From: Myxococcota bacterium
GTDB taxonomy: Bacteria > Myxococcota_A > Bradymonadia > UBA7976 > UBA1532
Reading direction: 5' to 3'
NCBI GenBank assembly: GCA_036337435.1
Contig: JAYZEG010000062.1
Location: forward strand, 32,001 to 96,000
Length of the DNA: 64,000 nucleotides
Shown: piece by piece, positions 59,195 to 64,000 of the stretch
How positions within the stretch are numbered: the first letter of the stretch is position 1
Layout of the letters: the number at the start of each line of letters is the position of its first letter
Position numbers and translations under genes: made by a program
Notes under the pieces: generated by a model
Database searches by the model: none
What the model was told of the DNA's origin: nothing
The model's input: the letters and a program-made list of their open reading frames with translations, nothing else

Positions 59195-59665
59195 CTACAT
59201 CCACGGACACCTTGCGTCATTTTCAATGGTAATGCGCGTCGGCAGCAGGGGAAGTACGCAAGAACCAACCTGATTGATTCGCCCTGATTTACTGCCACCG
59301 AACCTCATTTTTCGAGTGGTAATTGACACATCGATTTCCACATTGTTTCCCAGACTTTTTAGGCATTCACGAATTTTAATGAGTGCTTTTGGTGCTTTAT
59401 CATCCAGGTCGGCCTTGCCCACATGGATAGACTCGATGGTGCCTGGGCATTCACTGTATTTTAAAGCAACGTATTTTTCGCCTGGGTCGTCCTTAACCGG
59501 TGAGTCAACAATGGTTGCTTTCTTGTTCAGGTCATTGAATTCATAAATTAACGAACTGCCCGATAGCCAGCTCAAAAAATAGGTCGTCACCGTGATCAAG
59601 ACGGTCACTGAGAGAAGAAATTTAAAGACCGGGAATGGTCTCGCAGCTGGTTGGCTGTCGGTCAT
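59195..59665 (-). CDS. Hypothetical membrane-anchored protein
   Basis: N-terminal TM helix (FLLSVTVLITVTTYFLSWL) and four Cys in the soluble part. Confidence 0.65.
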   Translation of the reverse strand: MTDSQPAARPFPVFKFLLSVTVLITVTTYFLSWLSGSSLIYEFNDLNKKATIVDSPVKDDPGEKYVALKYSECPGTIESIHVGKADLDDKAPKALIKIRECLKSLGNNVEIDVSITTRKMRFGGSKSGRINQVGSCVLPLLPTRITIENDARCPWM

Positions 59666-59910
59666 CGAAACACCTGTTGGTTATTTGGATTGGGGTCATG
59701 TACCTCAGTCCAAGCAGTGTGACTTAAATTGGTCGAGAAGTCACCTCACAATCACGTCGGCCAACATGAGCATCAGACGCAGAGCGCAAGGAGTGTCCAT
59801 CGACATTCGCCCTAAATGGCCGGCCTCTCAATCTGAATTAGAAAGCCGTTAATTTTTTTCATTCGTGCCCCAAGCATGTCATTCTATCCATCCAAAAGGT
59901 AGGGTCAGCC

Positions 59911-61731
59911 ATGCGTCCAATCGAGGGTCAGTCATATACTGAAGACACAAAATATGCGCTCAGTACCAGTGCATTATTTCACGGACTCTCCGACGAGCAA
60001 TTAGCAGATGTCGCCAAGCACGGCTCACTTTTCCGATATACGGTCGGTCAACATCTGGCCAGGCAGGGCGAACCGTCAGACGCATTTGATATTTTCGTCA
60101 AAGGCGCAGCTGTCGTTCAGCTCGACGATTCGAAGAGTGGGAGCACCGTTGAATTGGCCCGACTCTCACCACCCGATTCCGTAGGCGAGATGGGTGTTTT
60201 GCTTGAAACACCTCGATCGGCCAGTGTCTTGGCTATCGACGATGAGGTGATCGTCATTCGGTTCACAAAAACCCAGTTTTCGAGAATGATTCAGTCGCTC
60301 CCATTCTTCGGTTTGGTGTTGTCTCGAACTTTGGCCGCGCGGCTCCATGCTGTCAATCGCCAAGTCTCATTACCGGAGCACCTCTTCGAGTCTGACCAAC
60401 TTGATGAAGACCTATTTCGCCTTCTGCCAGCCGACTTCATTAGCCGTCATCGGGTTCTGCCTGTGTCCCTTGATCACCATCATGTGACCATTGGGTTCGT
60501 CGATCAGCCAACGGATACGTTATTGCAAAGAATCCAACGTTTGTTGACGGGCATGGTTGTTCGACCGGTTAGCCTCACAGCAGAGCAATTTGATGAGACA
60601 GCACCTAAATTTGGCGTTCGTCCGCAAAGCACGATTATGGCGTCGCAGTCCATGAACACGCAGACTGTTTTCCCCCTCGATTCAATCCTGCGGCAAGTGG
60701 TCGCTGAGGGGGCGTCAGACCTGCACATCTCTGCCAACCAGGTTCCTCGATGGCGCATCGATGGCGCGCTCATTCCCATCCCTGGACACACCGGTCTCAC
60801 ATCCAGTGCGATCGCATCGGCAATGAACGACATTATGCCTTTATCTCGGCAAAAAGAATTCGCTCAGACCAATGATACAGATTTCGCATATCAGCTCGGC
60901 GAACAAGCCCGATTTCGAGTCAATGTATTTCGAGATATTCATGGGGTGAGTGCGGTACTGAGACATATTCCGAGCCTCATCAGAACGCCCGCGCAGCTTG
61001 GGCTCCCAGAGATTATTTCGAGTTTTTGCAAAATGCCCCATGGCTTAATTCTGGTCACGGGTCCAACAGGCAGTGGCAAATCCACGACGTTGGCTGCGAT
61101 GATCGACTCCATAAATCGCGAGCGTGCAGAGCACATCATTACCCTCGAAGACCCGGTTGAGTTTGTCCACAAGTCAAGTCAATCCATGGTCAATCAGCGT
61201 GAAGTTGGGTCTCATACAGACTCCTTCGCTCGCGCACTTCGGGCCGCGCTTCGTGAAGACCCAGATGTCGTTCTTGTTGGAGAGTTGAGAGATTTAGAAA
61301 CCATTTCTCTGGCCATTGAGACAGCTCAGACAGGTCATCTCGTTTTTGCCACCTTGCATACGTCGACCGCCATTGGGACCATAGACCGAATCGTTGGTAT
61401 GTTTCCGCCCGACCAACAAGGTCAGACTCGCTTAAGTTTGGCTGAGGTCTTGAAGGGTGTGGTTGCACAGACTTTGCTGCCCAGACGAACGGGCGGGCGT
61501 GTTGCGGCCTTTGAAATCCTGGTCAGCAGCCCTGCGGTGGCCAATCTGATACGAGAAGCAAAATCTGCCCAATTGGTCAGCACGATGGAAGTGGGCCGCA
61601 AAGCGGGCAACTCACTGCTCAATGATGAATTGGTTCGATTGGTGAACTCGGGCCTTGTCGAGATGGACGTCGCTCATCGACACGCCATTCATAAAGACGA
61701 CTTTTTGAAACGCTTGAAGCGTGTGAAGTAG
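59911..61731 (+). CDS. pilT: Type IV pilus retraction ATPase PilT fused to N-terminal cyclic-nucleotide-binding and T2SSE_N-like domains
   Basis: cNMP: LF.GL, QGE, VGEMGVL...PRSASV. T2SSE_N-like: LLPADF..RHRVLPV...VTIGFVD. PilT: ASDLHI, RFRVN, GPTGSGKST, TLEDPVE, LREDPDVVLVGELRD, GHLVFATLHT, AVANLIRE. Confidence 0.9.
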   Translation: MRPIEGQSYTEDTKYALSTSALFHGLSDEQLADVAKHGSLFRYTVGQHLARQGEPSDAFDIFVKGAAVVQLDDSKSGSTVELARLSPPDSVGEMGVLLETPRSASVLAIDDEVIVIRFTKTQFSRMIQSLPFFGLVLSRTLAARLHAVNRQVSLPEHLFESDQLDEDLFRLLPADFISRHRVLPVSLDHHHVTIGFVDQPTDTLLQRIQRLLTGMVVRPVSLTAEQFDETAPKFGVRPQSTIMASQSMNTQTVFPLDSILRQVVAEGASDLHISANQVPRWRIDGALIPIPGHTGLTSSAIASAMNDIMPLSRQKEFAQTNDTDFAYQLGEQARFRVNVFRDIHGVSAVLRHIPSLIRTPAQLGLPEIISSFCKMPHGLILVTGPTGSGKSTTLAAMIDSINRERAEHIITLEDPVEFVHKSSQSMVNQREVGSHTDSFARALRAALREDPDVVLVGELRDLETISLAIETAQTGHLVFATLHTSTAIGTIDRIVGMFPPDQQGQTRLSLAEVLKGVVAQTLLPRRTGGRVAAFEILVSSPAVANLIREAKSAQLVSTMEVGRKAGNSLLNDELVRLVNSGLVEMDVAHRHAIHKDDFLKRLKRVK

Positions 61732-61760
61732 ATGCGTCAGGGAACGGTCTTACCTGAGCG

Positions 61761-63329
61761 TCAGTCATCCCTCAGGAGCTTTTCGATTTCGGCGACCGCG
61801 TCATCGATTGGAATTCTCCTCTGATCCATCGTGTCTCGGTCCCGGATTGTAATGGTTCCATCGTCTAGGGTTTCCCCATCGATGGTTAGGCACCATGGCG
61901 TTCCGATTTCGTCATGGCGTCGATATCGCTTACCAATGGCATTTTGTGCGTCATAAGACGCGTTTATACCGCGGCGGAAAAGGGTATCGACCAAAGCACG
62001 CGCTTTCTCAGGCATGCCATTTTTCTTGACCAGCGGCATGACCGCCACCTTGACTGGTGCCAATTGTGGGTGGAGCTTGAGCACGACTCGGGTGTCCGTC
62101 CCCTTTGGCCCTTCCACTTCCTCCTCATGGTACGCATCACAGAGATAGGTCAGTACGCCGCGAGTTGCTCCAGCGGCCGGTTCGATTACGTAAGGCGTGT
62201 ATCGCTTACGCTCAACCGGATCAAAATATTCGATCTTGGAACCACTGTGCTCTGCGTGTTTTTTGAGGTCATAGTCGGTTCGATTGGCAATCCCTTCCAA
62301 TTCGTCCCAACCCCAAGGAAATCGATATTCAACGTCGTAGCACCCTTTGGCGTAATGAGCTAACTCACTGGCCTCATGAGCTCTCACTCTGAAGTTCTCC
62401 GGGTTGTTGGCAAATTTTCTCCACCATCCCATCCGTGTTTCTTTCCAATATTCGAACCACTCATCTTCAGTGCCCGGTTCACAGAAAAACTCCATTTCCA
62501 TTTGCTCAAATTCACAGGACCGAAAGATGAAGTGCTCGACGGTGATTTCATTTCGAAATGATTTCCCGGCTTGAGCGATTCCAAATGGAATTTTCAGAGA
62601 CATCGATTGCTGAATATTTGCATATTGAACAAACATGGCTTGCGCCGTTTCTGGCCTCAGATAGACGGTGCTATCCTTCGTAAAGCCATCCAGCTTACTT
62701 CTCAAATCGGATCCGCTCAGCCCATCAAATTCGCCCGATTCGATGGCTGAGGCAAGAGCACCCATGGGGTCCACTGGTCCGTAGAAACTTCTAAACATGA
62801 GGTTGAAGTTGCGTTCTTCGCTCATGAAAGGCGACCCACAATTTGGACAGACGTAGGGTCTATTGCCTGCCTTTGCACCAATAAGTTGTCGCCCCGAGCG
62901 CTCCAATGTGACGCCAAATTGCTCTTGAATATAGCCGAGAGCCGTCTTTGCGCGGCCTTTATCCGCGAGTTCGATGGTCACGTCTTGGCCCGGTTCGACC
63001 ACGGGTGCTTTATCGGCGCGAAACCGTTCTTTACAGACTTTGCAGTCGACCAAGGGGTCGCTGAACCCTGACAGATGACCTGAAGCCTGCCAGACTTTGG
63101 GATGCATAATGATAGATGCATCTAAGCCGACTACATCCTCACGGCTATGCACCGTATCGCGCCACCAAGCGTTCATCAGATTCCGCTTCATCTCGACGCC
63201 AAGCGGACCATAGTCGTACGCGCTTTTCAGACCCCCGTAAATTTCAGAAGACTGAAATACGAACCCGCGTCGTTTGCAAAGCGAAATGATTTTCTGCATT
63301 CGGTCGTCGGTCACCAGATGATCCTCCAA
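61761..63329 (-). CDS. glyQS: Glycine--tRNA ligase (alpha2, GlyQS type)
   Basis: KRRGFVFQSSEIYGG, YLRPETAQ, GKSFRNEIT, EFEQMEMEFF, ELEGIANR.DYDL, PYVIEP, IGKRYRRHDEIGTP. Confidence 0.95.
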   Translation of the reverse strand: MEDHLVTDDRMQKIISLCKRRGFVFQSSEIYGGLKSAYDYGPLGVEMKRNLMNAWWRDTVHSREDVVGLDASIIMHPKVWQASGHLSGFSDPLVDCKVCKERFRADKAPVVEPGQDVTIELADKGRAKTALGYIQEQFGVTLERSGRQLIGAKAGNRPYVCPNCGSPFMSEERNFNLMFRSFYGPVDPMGALASAIESGEFDGLSGSDLRSKLDGFTKDSTVYLRPETAQAMFVQYANIQQSMSLKIPFGIAQAGKSFRNEITVEHFIFRSCEFEQMEMEFFCEPGTEDEWFEYWKETRMGWWRKFANNPENFRVRAHEASELAHYAKGCYDVEYRFPWGWDELEGIANRTDYDLKKHAEHSGSKIEYFDPVERKRYTPYVIEPAAGATRGVLTYLCDAYHEEEVEGPKGTDTRVVLKLHPQLAPVKVAVMPLVKKNGMPEKARALVDTLFRRGINASYDAQNAIGKRYRRHDEIGTPWCLTIDGETLDDGTITIRDRDTMDQRRIPIDDAVAEIEKLLRDD

Positions 63330-63389
63330 TGAGAGATTTGGGGGGCATCCTACAGACCAAGATCACGTACGGCAAGCAGACCAGAAATT

Positions 63390-63998
63390 TTATGGCTGTG
63401 AGGGATCATTTGTTTCGTTCAGCCAGTCGATTGCCCGCCTCACAATTTGGAATTCATGAAGTGCTTGGCCACCTCGGGTTGGGCGCGCATCATCGGCGTA
63501 AATGGCCCATTGTATGCTGGCCCCATTGATCACTTGAGCGAGATTATTCTTATGCAAGCAGACCCAAACACTCAGGCCGTAGACCTCTTGGCTCGGAAAG
63601 AGCGGTGTCGGGTGATATCTGGAATAGGTCAAAGACCCAGAGTTCTGGGTATAATGGGTCTCGCCAAGGACTTTCATTCGGCGGCGAACATCCGAGCCAG
63701 CAAATGGTCTCGGAATGATGAGGTCCAATCCAACATGCCTGGCCAAAGTGCGACCCCGATTGGACACAAAGAGACGGAATTGGATAAAGGCGCGTGGTCC
63801 CCTTGGGTCAGATGTGTCCGTTTGTAGCTTTCCATAGGGGCCAAATCGGGCCAGTTCGATCTTTGGATGAAACGTGCGTCGTAAGACATCTTGGACATGC
63901 ACATGGCCCATTGGCCGACTCTTGCCTGCGATTCTCAAATAGTATCGGTGGTCTTTCGCTTGATGTGGTGCATCTGGACTGGCTGATATTTCAATTAC
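63390..63998 (-). CDS. Schlafen/AlbA_2-domain protein, 3' part (start outside window), with a beta-rich C-terminal domain
   Basis: Frame is open to the window edge: VIEISASPDAPHQAKDHRYYLRIAGKSRPMGHVHVQDVLRR resembles the AlbA_2 C-terminal PH....YY.R.G...PM pattern. Confidence 0.7.
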   Translation of the reverse strand, partial: VIEISASPDAPHQAKDHRYYLRIAGKSRPMGHVHVQDVLRRTFHPKIELARFGPYGKLQTDTSDPRGPRAFIQFRLFVSNRGRTLARHVGLDLIIPRPFAGSDVRRRMKVLGETHYTQNSGSLTYSRYHPTPLFPSQEVYGLSVWVCLHKNNLAQVINGASIQWAIYADDARPTRGGQALHEFQIVRRAIDWLNETNDPSQP

Positions 63999-64000
63999 AT

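Overview
A 64 kb chromosomal window, gene-dense with moderate GC. It is most likely from a Myxococcota (deltaproteobacterial) genome, inferred from a MYXO-CTERM protein, TPR-PEGA and Cys-rich lipoproteins, and the pyrG-lptAB-rpoN-PTS gene order. In order it contains: (1) lolA (3' end), rimO, a 59-aa Zn-ribbon gene below the ORF-track cutoff, and the minus-strand pyrG / lipid A acyltransferase / lptA / lptB / rpoN / ptsN / hprK / rapZ / Man-family EIIABCD / HPr / EI cluster. (2) Large surface-protein genes (TPR-PEGA, TSP3 + beta-propeller lipoprotein, PKD/MYXO-CTERM) around a candidate rod-shaped ncRNA with a perfect terminator, then a REC-HDOD regulator. (3) An 8-gene, tightly packed DUF58 / transglutaminase / MoxR / TPR / MORN-repeat / Cys-rich lipoprotein / cupin operon. 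(4) A TtpBC-type TonB system with a TonB-dependent receptor and a beta-helix lipoprotein, flanked by Pho-box-like 11-bp repeats, plus a GT4 glycosyltransferase. (5) gltX, nrdJ with tandem NrdR boxes, nitroreductase, Hsp20, an unusual cNMP-binding + T2SSE_N + PilT fusion ATPase, glyQS and a truncated Schlafen/AlbA_2-type gene. I saw no CRISPR array, rRNA, tRNA or mobile element. All product calls come from motif recognition by eye; no database search was run.
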